Of a DNA stretch of 63,063 bases, positions 16,015-24,998 are shown one piece after another (position 1 is the stretch's first letter; each line of letters opens with the position of its first letter). Both the position numbers and the translations under genes were made by a program. Under the pieces are notes generated by a model. It did no database searches, was not told the DNA's origin, and worked only from the letters and a program-made list of their open reading frames with translations. Source of the stretch: an uncultured Planctomycetales bacterium (lineage in GTDB: Bacteria; Omnitrophota; Gorgyraeia; Zapsychrales; GWA2-47-8); NCBI GenBank assembly GCA_964364715.1, contig CAYING010000001.1, positions 33,454 through 96,516 on the forward strand, given 5' to 3'.

Positions 16015-18189
16015 ATGCGAAAAAATACCCTATTCTATGTTCTTACGATCCTGTTTTTCGGGACAGCCCTTTGGTTTGTCCTGATGCAGGGAAAGAATTT
16101 AGAAACCGGCTCGATCATTGCGCCGGCATCGGTTGAGAGCGCTGCTGTTTCCGCGGATTCCCCGCACTTTCTTTCCGGCGTGGCGCGTAATTCCCGTCAT
16201 CCGCTCGCAGTTTTGATCATCCAGATTTTATGTATCCTGGTCATCGCGCGGGTATTCGGGTACCTGATGACCAGGATCGGGCAGCCCGCGGTCGTCGGAG
16301 AGATCATTGCCGGGATCGCGTTAGGCCCTTCCTTGCTGGGTGTAATGTTCCCTGAATTTTCCACTTTTCTTTTTCCTGAAGAATCCCTCCGCCGTCTTCA
16401 TGTTTTAAGTCAGATCGGGCTTGTGCTGTTTATGTTCATTGTCGGCATGGAGCTGGACATCAGTGTCCTCCGGAAAAAAGCCCCTACGGCCGTCATCGTG
16501 AGCCATGCCAGCATTATCTTCCCTTATTTTCTGGGCGTAGCCTTGGCGTATAAAATTTATGCTTCTTATGCGCCGGACAATGTGTCCTTTGCCGCTTTTG
16601 CCCTTTTTATGGGGATCGCGATGAGCATCACGGCTTTTCCGGTTTTGGCCCGGATCCTGCAGGAACGCAATCTGACCTATAAGCCTATCGGGACGCTGGT
16701 CATCACCTGCGCGGCCGCGGATGATATCACGGCGTGGTGTCTTTTGGCTCTGGTCGTCGCGATCGCCAACGCGAGCGGGATGATCAGCGCGGTCAGCAGT
16801 ATTATTTTATCGGTTGTTTATGTCCTGTTTATGTGGTTTGGGGTAAGGCCGATCCTGCACCGGCTGGCGTTTAAATACGATACTCCGGAAAGCGTCAATA
16901 AAACAGTTGTGGCGGCGATCTTCGGTATTTTGTTTTTGTCTTCCTATTTGACCGAGGTCATCGGTATCCATGCCCTCTTCGGCGCATTTTTCGCCGGTGT
17001 CGTTATGCCCGCCCAAAAAGAATTTAAACGCATCCTTTCGGAAAAGATCGAAGATGTAAGTTTAGTCTTGCTTCTTCCGCTATTTTTTGTTTTTACCGGT
17101 TTGAGGACACAGATTGGGCTGCTTGATAATCCTGATCTGTGGGGGGTGTGCTTTTTGATCATCGGGGTCGCGGTGGCTGGAAAATTTCTCGGGAGCGCCG
17201 TCGCCGCTAAATTCGTCGGACAAAGCTGGAAGGATAGTTTATTTATCGGAGCGTTGATGAACACCCGCGGGCTGATGGAATTGGTCGTCTTGAATATCGG
17301 ATATGACCTTGGTATCCTTTCGGTTGAGATCTTTACGATGATGGTCATTATGGCGCTGGTCACGACATTTATGACCGGGCCGGCGCTCTATCTGATCGAG
17401 TTCTTTTTTGATTCCAGGAAAAAACTGGGCGAGCCGGCGAAGATCAAGGAAGGGTTTAATGTGCTGCTTTCTTTTGGGGCCCCGAAATCAGGGAGCCGTT
17501 TGCTGGAGTTGGCGTATTATCTGAATTTACGGAACGAAAAAGAGTCCGGCGTTACGGCAGCGCATTATTCGCCGAGTTCGGATATATCTGTCCTGGAAGC
17601 GGAACAGCATGAAAAGGACGCGTTTGAGGCGATCGATGCTGCGGCCGGTCGTTTGGAAATCCCGTTGAACAAGATATTCAAGGTCACGGATGATGTTCAA
17701 AAGGAGATCGTCCGCAGCGCCAAGAAGGGGTTCTTTGATATCGTTCTCATCGGAAGTTCCCGGGAGTTGTTCACCAATGACAAAACAGGAGGCAAGGTCA
17801 AGAATCTTATCCAGCAGCTTGATTGCGCTACCGGTGTTTTTGTTGATAAAGGTTTTAACCGGATCGAGAATGTCCTGGTGGTCCTAAATGGGATGGATGA
17901 TGTTTTTTTGCTTAAATACGCGCAAAGGTTATTGGAAAGCCGTGAGAAAAGGATCCTGTCGATCCTTGACCGGGAGAATATTTTGTCCTTGGATAATTCC
18001 GCGAGCGGGTCCGGAGGCATTGAATTTAAAGGGGATTTTTCTCTGGTCGGACCGCGCAAGGCGGAAGAAAAAGATTTTTATAAAGCCTACAGCCTGGTGA
18101 TCGTAAGCCTGAATTTTTGGGAGCATTGCAAAGATAAGAAGGACGATTGGCTGAACCGTGTCCCGTCCGTCCTGATCATCAATCGCTAG
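16015..18189 (+). CDS. CPA2-type cation:proton antiporter with C-terminal USP-like regulatory region
   Basis: 724 aa with Kef/NapA-like TM core motifs (GEIIAGIALGPS, GMELD). The roughly 270-aa cytoplasmic tail is assigned by architecture only. Confidence 0.8.
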   Translation: MRKNTLFYVLTILFFGTALWFVLMQGKNLETGSIIAPASVESAAVSADSPHFLSGVARNSRHPLAVLIIQILCILVIARVFGYLMTRIGQPAVVGEIIAGIALGPSLLGVMFPEFSTFLFPEESLRRLHVLSQIGLVLFMFIVGMELDISVLRKKAPTAVIVSHASIIFPYFLGVALAYKIYASYAPDNVSFAAFALFMGIAMSITAFPVLARILQERNLTYKPIGTLVITCAAADDITAWCLLALVVAIANASGMISAVSSIILSVVYVLFMWFGVRPILHRLAFKYDTPESVNKTVVAAIFGILFLSSYLTEVIGIHALFGAFFAGVVMPAQKEFKRILSEKIEDVSLVLLLPLFFVFTGLRTQIGLLDNPDLWGVCFLIIGVAVAGKFLGSAVAAKFVGQSWKDSLFIGALMNTRGLMELVVLNIGYDLGILSVEIFTMMVIMALVTTFMTGPALYLIEFFFDSRKKLGEPAKIKEGFNVLLSFGAPKSGSRLLELAYYLNLRNEKESGVTAAHYSPSSDISVLEAEQHEKDAFEAIDAAAGRLEIPLNKIFKVTDDVQKEIVRSAKKGFFDIVLIGSSRELFTNDKTGGKVKNLIQQLDCATGVFVDKGFNRIENVLVVLNGMDDVFLLKYAQRLLESREKRILSILDRENILSLDNSASGSGGIEFKGDFSLVGPRKAEEKDFYKAYSLVIVSLNFWEHCKDKKDDWLNRVPSVLIINR

Positions 18190-18760
18190 AACTTTTGCTC
18201 AACCGTTTTTTGTTCTCAATGTACGCTTTCTCACCAAGGATTTTTTTCGCCAGTTCATCTTTATCCTGCCCGACATCAAAATCGTATTCCATGATCGCGG
18301 TAAGCCGCAGAATATTTTCGAAAGGATTTTCCAGCATTTCCGGCTGGCCGGCCGCCATGCCGTCGATCATCGGCACGTAGGTGCGGGCGGGCTTGCGGAT
18401 AAGGGCGTTCTGCTGTTTGAAAGTGTCGATAAAGTGCTGTATGACCATTTCTTTGGCCTCAGCATCGATCATCAGCTCCCATGCCCTGCTGGAGGTTTCC
18501 AGGGATTTTAAAATATCCGCGATGTCGACAATGTCTTTAATATCCTCGGGCTTTACTTCTTCCTTGAGCTGCTGTATTTCCTGTTGTTGCTGCTGAATGA
18601 TAAGCTGCCGCTGCCGTTCGATCTGTATTTGCTGCTGCTGTTTGTTTTTTTGGGCTCCGCCGGAACGCTGTTTCATGACCACCCCGCCGGCGGAAACGGC
18701 AGCCGTATCAGAGAGAACCAGAAGCGCGATGATAAGAAATTCAGGATTAATTTTTTTCAC
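18179..18760 (-). CDS. Hypothetical secreted protein with Gln-rich coiled-coil segment
   Basis: Signal peptide and a QQQQIQIERQRQLIIQQQQQEIQQLK tract. It converges on and overlaps the antiporter gene by 11 nt. Confidence 0.6.
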   Translation of the reverse strand: MKKINPEFLIIALLVLSDTAAVSAGGVVMKQRSGGAQKNKQQQQIQIERQRQLIIQQQQQEIQQLKEEVKPEDIKDIVDIADILKSLETSSRAWELMIDAEAKEMVIQHFIDTFKQQNALIRKPARTYVPMIDGMAAGQPEMLENPFENILRLTAIMEYDFDVGQDKDELAKKILGEKAYIENKKRLSKSSSD

Positions 18761-18865
18761 CGATAATATTATAACTGAAAATTATTTAAATACTGATTTT
18801 GCTGCAGAAAAAAATCTTGGAATCATCCCGCGGATATGGTATCGTGAAGCATATTTATTCACCCA

Positions 18866-18947
18866 GTACCGTGTACCCTAAATTGTATTCAGGAGAACAC
18901 GGTACAGTACTGCGTTCCTCTCAATACAAAATTTAGGTAACGCAGTA
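18866..18947 (-). repeat. Inverted copy of the twin-hairpin element at 3514-3594
   Basis: The reverse complement of 3514-3594 aligns along its full length (about 85% identity by eye). Both stems (GTACCGTG/CACGGTAC, TACTGCG/CGCAGTA) are retained. Confidence 0.85.
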
Positions 18948-18969
18948 CTAGGATAAAGCCGGATGCAGT

Positions 18970-19443
18970 ATGAAAAGAAAGAACGAACAGCGCAAGTACG
19001 AGCGTTACGACACCCAGGTCAAGGTCTATTATTTTGTCACCTATGATGTGAACACGAGGGTGAGGTTTCATATCCTTGACAAAGCCCGCCGAAAGAGTTC
19101 GGCGCAATATTCCGCCGTCAGCAAGAATGTCAGCGTCGAGGGAATTTGCTTTTTATCCGGGAAAGAGCTGCATAAAGGGGATTGTCTGTTTCTGGAAGTG
19201 CTGCTCCCCGGGAGCAAGACGTTCATTCCGATGGAAGGGGAGGTCCGCTGGTGCCGGAAAGCCGGCGCAAAATTCCGGACCAAATTTGAGGTGGGTGTGA
19301 AGCTGGGTAAAGTGGACGGCCAGCCCGTCGAGAAATCGATCTATCAAGATGCCGAGTATCAGGTCGTCTGGAGTATCGTCCTGGAATCTGTTTTAGGGAA
19401 CTTTCGCATCTTAGAACAGAAACGTAAGGGGCTCCTGCAGTAG
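18970..19443 (+). CDS. PilZ-domain c-di-GMP receptor
   Basis: RKYER (RxxxR) and NVSVEG (D/NxSxxG) signatures. Confidence 0.75.
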   Translation: MKRKNEQRKYERYDTQVKVYYFVTYDVNTRVRFHILDKARRKSSAQYSAVSKNVSVEGICFLSGKELHKGDCLFLEVLLPGSKTFIPMEGEVRWCRKAGAKFRTKFEVGVKLGKVDGQPVEKSIYQDAEYQVVWSIVLESVLGNFRILEQKRKGLLQ

Positions 19444-19476
19444 CGGCAAATCGTTCGAATAATGGGAGGATAAAAA

Positions 19477-20442
19477 ATGTTCGCCTTGCAATTACGGATG
19501 TGGCTTTTAATGGCTGTTTTGTTCGGTATCGTTTATGCGGTGGTCGTGGTCGTAGGCACGGCCATGGGGATCAACGATTTTTATTTTTATCTGATGGTCT
19601 CGTTTGTGTTCATGATCATTCAATACCTGATCGGGCCGAAGATCGTCGAATGGACGATGCATATCCGGTATATCAAGCAGACCGATAATCCCCGTCTCTA
19701 CGCAATGGTGGAAATGCAGGCGCAACGGGCCAATATCCCGATGCCGAAAGTCTGCATTTCGTCGATACCTATTCCTAACGCCTTTGCTTTCGGCCGCGGG
19801 TTCGGCGACGGCCGGGTCTGCGTGACGGAAGGGATCATGAAACTTTTGAACGAGGAAGAGCTGAAGGCGGTGATCGGGCATGAGGTCGCTCATTTGAAAA
19901 ATAACGATGTTTTGACGATCACTTTATTGTCGGTGATCCCGATGATCCTGTACCGCATCGCCTGGCATTTTATGTTTTACGGGCACCGGCGCGGCGACCG
20001 CAGTTCTTCCGTGAACACAGCGTTGATCGGAGCAGTGGCATTTTTTTTCTATTTCATTACAAATCTTTTGGTGCTGTACGCTTCACGCATTCGGGAATAT
20101 TTTGCCGACCGCGGTTCCGTAGAGTTCGGAAACAGGCCGTCGGCGTTAGCATCGGCGCTGTATAAATTAGTTTACGGTTCTGCCCGTCTGGATAAAGAAT
20201 TAATTCGGGAAGCGGAAGGTTTGAAGGCATTTTTTGTCAATGATCCGTCCCGGGCCATGATCGAGATCCGCGAGTTAAGCCAGCTGGATATGGACAAAAG
20301 CGGGACGATCGATCCCGCAGAGTTAGCCTTGATCCGTCAGAAAAACATCAAAATGGGATTCGGCGACAAGCTGATGGAAACTTTAAGCACTCATCCGAAT
20401 ATGCTCAAGCGGATCAAACATCTTTCCCAGCTCCACCCGTAA
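19477..20442 (+). CDS. M48 family zinc metalloprotease (HtpX-like)
   Basis: HEVAHL zinc motif, four TM segments and a C-terminal STHP-MLKRI motif. Confidence 0.8.
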   Translation: MFALQLRMWLLMAVLFGIVYAVVVVVGTAMGINDFYFYLMVSFVFMIIQYLIGPKIVEWTMHIRYIKQTDNPRLYAMVEMQAQRANIPMPKVCISSIPIPNAFAFGRGFGDGRVCVTEGIMKLLNEEELKAVIGHEVAHLKNNDVLTITLLSVIPMILYRIAWHFMFYGHRRGDRSSSVNTALIGAVAFFFYFITNLLVLYASRIREYFADRGSVEFGNRPSALASALYKLVYGSARLDKELIREAEGLKAFFVNDPSRAMIEIRELSQLDMDKSGTIDPAELALIRQKNIKMGFGDKLMETLSTHPNMLKRIKHLSQLHP

Positions 20443-20463
20443 GGAATAACCGGATAACTTGCT

Positions 20464-20910
20464 ATGCTGCAGCGGTGGACGGATTGGAAACAGAAGCAGG
20501 ATCGCCGTAAGATCCTGCTTGAGTTTTATCGTGAGGTTGAGAAGAATTGGGAATCGGTTCACGTGATGCGGCAGCGGGGAGTTCTCGATAAATTTACACT
20601 GGAGATTTGGCGGAAAATTAAAGACCGTCCGGAATTAAAGATCGACCGCCGGGTGATCGCTTACGGCATCCCGTTTACGACATACAACGCGGTGATGGAT
20701 GAGTTTAAGAAGTTCGAGCAGTGGTATGCCGCGGATCTCAAAAATAAAACGACCGAGAGCGCCCGTATCCTGCATGAAAAAAAAGAGGCGGCCTCGGAAA
20801 AATTTAAAGGCCTCTTGGATGCCGCCGCTGAAGCAAAAAATATTTTAGAGCGGGACTTTTTGGCTGAAAAGATCCTCACCCAGGAAATGATCATCTCTCA
20901 CGCGGAGTAA
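20464..20910 (+). CDS. Hypothetical cytoplasmic protein
   Basis: 148-aa charged helical ORF with no motif. Confidence 0.5.
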   Translation: MLQRWTDWKQKQDRRKILLEFYREVEKNWESVHVMRQRGVLDKFTLEIWRKIKDRPELKIDRRVIAYGIPFTTYNAVMDEFKKFEQWYAADLKNKTTESARILHEKKEAASEKFKGLLDAAAEAKNILERDFLAEKILTQEMIISHAE

Positions 20911-21006
20911 TCAACTTAATGCCAGCGATCTCGACAGCCTGGAATTATAAAACCGCCACCGACCTCCGCGCGATGCTTTTACAAACTTGGCAGGGAGGGA
21001 GAAAAA

Positions 21007-21477
21007 ATGAAATTATACTTAATGCGCCACGGGGACGCGGTGTCGGAACATTCGGATCCGAACCGTCCGCTGAGTCCGCGCGGCAAAACCGACGTCCACA
21101 AGGTCGCACATTTTCTGAAGACAGCGAATCTCAAGGTGAGCGAATTTTATTCCAGCAACGAACTCCGCGCTTTGGAAACGGCGCAGAGCGTGCAGTCAGC
21201 CATCAACCCCAAGGCGAAGCTGGTTAAAAAAGATTTTCTTTCTCCGGATGATCCGCTCGACAAGATCGTCGCCGAATTGTCCCAGCGCAAAGATGACCTG
21301 ATGATCGTCGGCCATCTTCCGCAGCTGCCGCGGCTCATTTCGCGCCTCATCTTAGGCGATGAGAACCGGTTCGTCATCAGCTTGGATACCAGTACGGTCG
21401 CGGCGATGTACCGTGACTCTCAAGGGCACTGGCAGATCGTCTGGATCGTCGGCCCGTCACTGATCTCAACTAAATAA
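21007..21477 (+). CDS. sixA: Phosphohistidine phosphatase SixA
   Basis: LYLMRHGDA RHG motif, about 156 aa, and a GHLP motif. Confidence 0.8.
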   Translation: MKLYLMRHGDAVSEHSDPNRPLSPRGKTDVHKVAHFLKTANLKVSEFYSSNELRALETAQSVQSAINPKAKLVKKDFLSPDDPLDKIVAELSQRKDDLMIVGHLPQLPRLISRLILGDENRFVISLDTSTVAAMYRDSQGHWQIVWIVGPSLISTK

Positions 21478-21480
21478 ATT

Positions 21481-22824
21481 ATGGAAAAAGAATTTCTGAC
21501 TATTTCCGAATTGAATATCCTGATCAAGGATGTCCTCAATTACGGTTTTCCCAACGCTGTCTGGATCTGCGGGGAGGTCCAGGGTTTTGACCGGAACCGC
21601 GACAAAAAGCATGTCTTTTTTGAATTGTGCGAAAAGGACACTGAATCCAAGGACATCGTCGCCCGGATAGGATTGGTGATCTTCGGCCAGCGCCGGAATA
21701 CTATTGAAGAGATCTTGAAGAATTCCGCGAATGCCTTTGATCTCAAGGATGATATTGAAGTAAAATTTTTGTGCCGGGTGGATTTTTATCCGCCGCACGG
21801 TGCGGTGCGTTTGATCGTTGAAAGCATTGACCCGATTTATACTTTGGGCAAGATCGCGCAGGAACGCCAGAAGTTGATCGCGATTTTGCAGAAGAAGGGG
21901 GTTCTCGCTAAAAATAAACAGCTCGAACTGCCGCTCGTGCCGCTTCGTATCGGGTTGATCACCTCCTTTGATTCCGCCGCGTACAATGATTTTGTCGCGG
22001 AACTCAAGAAAAGCGGATTCGCCTTTCAAATATTTTTGATCAATTCGCTGATGCAGGGGAAGGGCACCGAGGCAAGCGTCTGCGCGGCGTTGGATCGATT
22101 TGACAAAATGAAAGGTTTAGATGTTGCGGTCATTACCCGCGGCGGCGGGTCGATCGCGGATTTGAGCTGTTTTGACAGCCGGATGATCGCGGAGAAAATT
22201 GCCGCAAGCCGTTTCCCGGTCTTGAGCGGGATCGGGCATGAGATTAATACAACGGTCACAGATCTGGCGGCGCATACCTTTGCCAAGACCCCGACGGCTG
22301 TAGCCCAGCTTTTAGTGGAACATATCAGAACATTTATTGCCGGTGCGGAGGAAAGTTTGGATCGGATACTGGAACTTGCCCGGAATAAATCCCATGACGA
22401 AAAAAGGAAACTCAAGCTCAGCGCCTTGGGATTGCATCAAACAACAACCCGGTTTTTGCAGCAGCATCGGCAGGATTTGGTGCGCTTGGGGACGGATTTT
22501 AAGCGCCAGCCTCTTAACTCTTTGCGTGTTCGGCGGGCAGAAATAGTTAACCAGAGGGATATTTTTTTGAAAAGTATTAAAACTTATCTGCAGACCGGCC
22601 GGCAGAATTTAAAGAATTTTGCGAAACTGATCGATATTGTTAGTCCCCAAAATACGATACGCCGCGGGTTTTCGATCACCCGGACAGCCGGCGGCCGATT
22701 GGTCCGCGGAATTAAAGATGTGCAGGTCGACGCCGAGCTGGCCTCGGAAGTGAGCGACGGTTTCGTCCAGAGCAAGGTTGTTAAAATCAAGGAGGAACAG
22801 CGTGGCAGACATAAAGTACAGTAA
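21481..22824 (+). CDS. xseA: Exodeoxyribonuclease VII large subunit
   Basis: OB-fold N-terminus (ISELN..IK), the ITRGGGS motif and a coiled-coil C-terminus. Confidence 0.9.
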   Translation: MEKEFLTISELNILIKDVLNYGFPNAVWICGEVQGFDRNRDKKHVFFELCEKDTESKDIVARIGLVIFGQRRNTIEEILKNSANAFDLKDDIEVKFLCRVDFYPPHGAVRLIVESIDPIYTLGKIAQERQKLIAILQKKGVLAKNKQLELPLVPLRIGLITSFDSAAYNDFVAELKKSGFAFQIFLINSLMQGKGTEASVCAALDRFDKMKGLDVAVITRGGGSIADLSCFDSRMIAEKIAASRFPVLSGIGHEINTTVTDLAAHTFAKTPTAVAQLLVEHIRTFIAGAEESLDRILELARNKSHDEKRKLKLSALGLHQTTTRFLQQHRQDLVRLGTDFKRQPLNSLRVRRAEIVNQRDIFLKSIKTYLQTGRQNLKNFAKLIDIVSPQNTIRRGFSITRTAGGRLVRGIKDVQVDAELASEVSDGFVQSKVVKIKEEQRGRHKVQ

Positions 22825-23020
22825 AGCGGTCAAGCGGCTGAACGAGATCATCAGCAGCATCGAGAGTGAAGATATCGATGTTGATGACTTGTCCGCCCGG
22901 GTCAAGGAGGCGGTCGAACTGATCAAAGTGTGTAAAAATAAGATTCAGAAAGCCGAACTGGAAGTCAAGCAGGTCGTGGAAGATTTTGACGACGATTTTC
23001 CCCACCCCGGGAGTGGATAA
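22802..23020 (+). CDS. xseB: Exodeoxyribonuclease VII small subunit
   Basis: YSKAVKRLNEII..IESEDIDVDDL pattern. GTG 22802 lies 6 nt after AAGGAGGA. The ORF track start 22778 is less likely. Confidence 0.8.
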   Translation: MADIKYSKAVKRLNEIISSIESEDIDVDDLSARVKEAVELIKVCKNKIQKAELEVKQVVEDFDDDFPHPGSG

Positions 23021-23070
23021 CTTGTGGATAAGTGCCCACCCCGGAGGCTGGACAGGGAAAGAAAGAACAG

Positions 23071-23100
23071 TTGACAGAGTTTGCGGCAGGGGAGTAGAAT
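23071..23100 (+). promoter_or_regulatory. Sigma70-type promoter TTGACA-N18-TAGAAT
   Basis: TTGACA at 23071-23076 and TAGAAT at 23095-23100. Confidence 0.5.
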
Positions 23101-23122
23101 GCTTTTAACTCAGGAGGGTAAG

Positions 23123-23407
23123 TTGAGCGAATTAGATTTAAAAGAGCTGCTGAAAAAACGTGAGGTCATTGAAGAGATTGAACGCCATAAGTGGTTCGTA
23201 AGCGAGAGGGTCGGTTATGATGTCGGTTTTGCGAGCGCCGCTGAAGAGTGGCTCATGAATTTTTCCGCTGCCTGGATCGCCTACAATATGCCTGCCCAAG
23301 TCAAGAACCTTCCTCCGGAATTAAAGGCCCAAGCCTCTGCAACACCCGCTGTCGAAGTTTCCGCCAAAAGCAAACGCCGTAAAGCCAAGTCATACCTGTC
23401 CCGATAA
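23123..23407 (+). CDS. Hypothetical protein with HKWFVSE motif (DUF4032-like)
   Basis: TTG 23123 lies 4 nt after AGGAGGG. The ORF-track start 23081 would fall inside the predicted promoter. Confidence 0.5.
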   Translation: MSELDLKELLKKREVIEEIERHKWFVSERVGYDVGFASAAEEWLMNFSAAWIAYNMPAQVKNLPPELKAQASATPAVEVSAKSKRRKAKSYLSR

Positions 23408-23508
23408 ATCCGTGTTTCTTTCAAAAACAGTTTTTAAAAAAACTTTTTTTGTGTACAATGATAGCCGTTATTCGGATAAATTCTTTATTTTAACGGAGGC
23501 TCTGTACG

Positions 23509-24258
23509 ATGAAGACTATTAAACTTGTTCTTTTGCGTCACGGCGAAAGTGTTTGGAATAAAGAGAATCGTTTTACCGGATGGACCGACGTGGATCTTTC
23601 GGAAAAGGGGAAGGAAGAGGCAAAAGCTGCCGGGCAGATTCTAAAGAAAGAAGGTTATACATTTGATGTCGCATTTACCTCAGTTTTAAAGCGTGCGATT
23701 CGGACTTTATGGATCGCTCTGGATGAAATGGATTTGATGTGGATTCAGGTGATAAGATCCTGGCGGCTCAATGAGCGTCATTACGGCGACCTGCAGGGGT
23801 TGAATAAAGGCGAAACAACGGCCAAGTACGGCGAAGAACAGGTCTTGGTGTGGCGCCGCAGTTATGCTATCTGCCCGCCGGCTTTGAAGAAAACCGACCC
23901 GCGCTACCCCGGTAATGACCCGCGTTATAAAAATCTTCCGAAAAAAGACCTGCCGGTGACTGAAAGCCTCGCGACGACCGTTGACCGTTTCATCCCTTAT
24001 TGGAAAAGCACGATCGTGCCGGAATTGAAGAAAGGGAAAAAGGTCTTGATCGCCGCCCACGGCAACAGCCTGCGCGCGTTGGTCATGCATCTTGATAAAC
24101 TTTCGCAAGAAGAAGTTATCAAGCTGAATATCCCGACGGGCACGCCGCTGGTCTACGAATTAGACAAGAACCTCAAACCCGTTAAACATTATTACCTTGG
24201 AAATCAGGCAGAGATCGAAAAGGCTATGCTGGCGGTGGCCAATCAAGGAAAGAAATAA
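23509..24258 (+). CDS. gpmA: 2,3-bisphosphoglycerate-dependent phosphoglycerate mutase
   Basis: [24 protein letters not shown] and [10 protein letters not shown] motifs. Confidence 0.93.
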   Translation: MKTIKLVLLRHGESVWNKENRFTGWTDVDLSEKGKEEAKAAGQILKKEGYTFDVAFTSVLKRAIRTLWIALDEMDLMWIQVIRSWRLNERHYGDLQGLNKGETTAKYGEEQVLVWRRSYAICPPALKKTDPRYPGNDPRYKNLPKKDLPVTESLATTVDRFIPYWKSTIVPELKKGKKVLIAAHGNSLRALVMHLDKLSQEEVIKLNIPTGTPLVYELDKNLKPVKHYYLGNQAEIEKAMLAVANQGKK

Positions 24259-24275
24259 TCATCCTCACTTCGCCC

Positions 24276-24998
24276 ATGATCTTGATCGGACAAATCGTTG
24301 GCGCGGTTATTCTTGTGACTTTGATCGTGGCCGCGGTCAGTATCTTTTTTGACCAGGCTGTTCTGACGCGCCGCGGAACGGTTTTCCGCGTTAAGAACAA
24401 AGACAAGATGGTCGCCGTCACTTTTGACGACGGGCCTTCTCCCATCTGGACCCCGCAGATCCTCGATGAACTGAAGAAAGTCGATGCCAAAGCGACTTTT
24501 TTTATGATCGGGCATCATGTCAGGAAATACCCCGAAGTCGCGCGCCGGGTCGCTGAAGAAGGCCATCAGATCGGCAATCACGGTTACGCCCACAGTGTGA
24601 TTTTCTATTACACTCCGCCGGAGATCGAAGAAGAGATCAAATATACCGAAACGGTTATCAGGGAAATTACCGGACAGACGACCAAATGTTTCCGTCCGCC
24701 GAAAGCCTGGATGCCTGAGGATATTAAACGCCATATCAAATCTTTGGGATATTCGGTCGTCCTGTGGTCGCTCAATTCCAAGGATTGGGTGGAATTTAAT
24801 CATAAACTCATGGTGCGCTATTTGGCTAGAAATGTTAAAAGCGGCGACATCATTCTTTTTCACGACAGTGGGAATGTTTTCAGCACCGAGGGGGGAGACC
24901 GCACCCAAACCGTGCTGGCGATCTCATCGCTGGTTAAAGTTTTACGCGAACAGGGATATAAACTCGTTACCGTCGAGGAAATGCTCAATGCTGCTTAA
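24276..24998 (+). CDS. Membrane-anchored polysaccharide deacetylase (NodB/ArnD-type)
   Basis: TM anchor, then VAVTFDDGP, IGNHGYAH and RPP motifs. Confidence 0.85.
   Translation: MILIGQIVGAVILVTLIVAAVSIFFDQAVLTRRGTVFRVKNKDKMVAVTFDDGPSPIWTPQILDELKKVDAKATFFMIGHHVRKYPEVARRVAEEGHQIGNHGYAHSVIFYYTPPEIEEEIKYTETVIREITGQTTKCFRPPKAWMPEDIKRHIKSLGYSVVLWSLNSKDWVEFNHKLMVRYLARNVKSGDIILFHDSGNVFSTEGGDRTQTVLAISSLVKVLREQGYKLVTVEEMLNAA

Noticed and set aside
20919-21227. A 102-aa ORF overlaps the sixA start in another frame. Similar out-of-frame overlapping ORFs occur at 5049-5420, 7004-7441 and 35917-36264.
   Set aside because: They overlap well-supported genes on the same strand in a different frame. They have Arg/Gly/Ser-rich compositions and no motifs.
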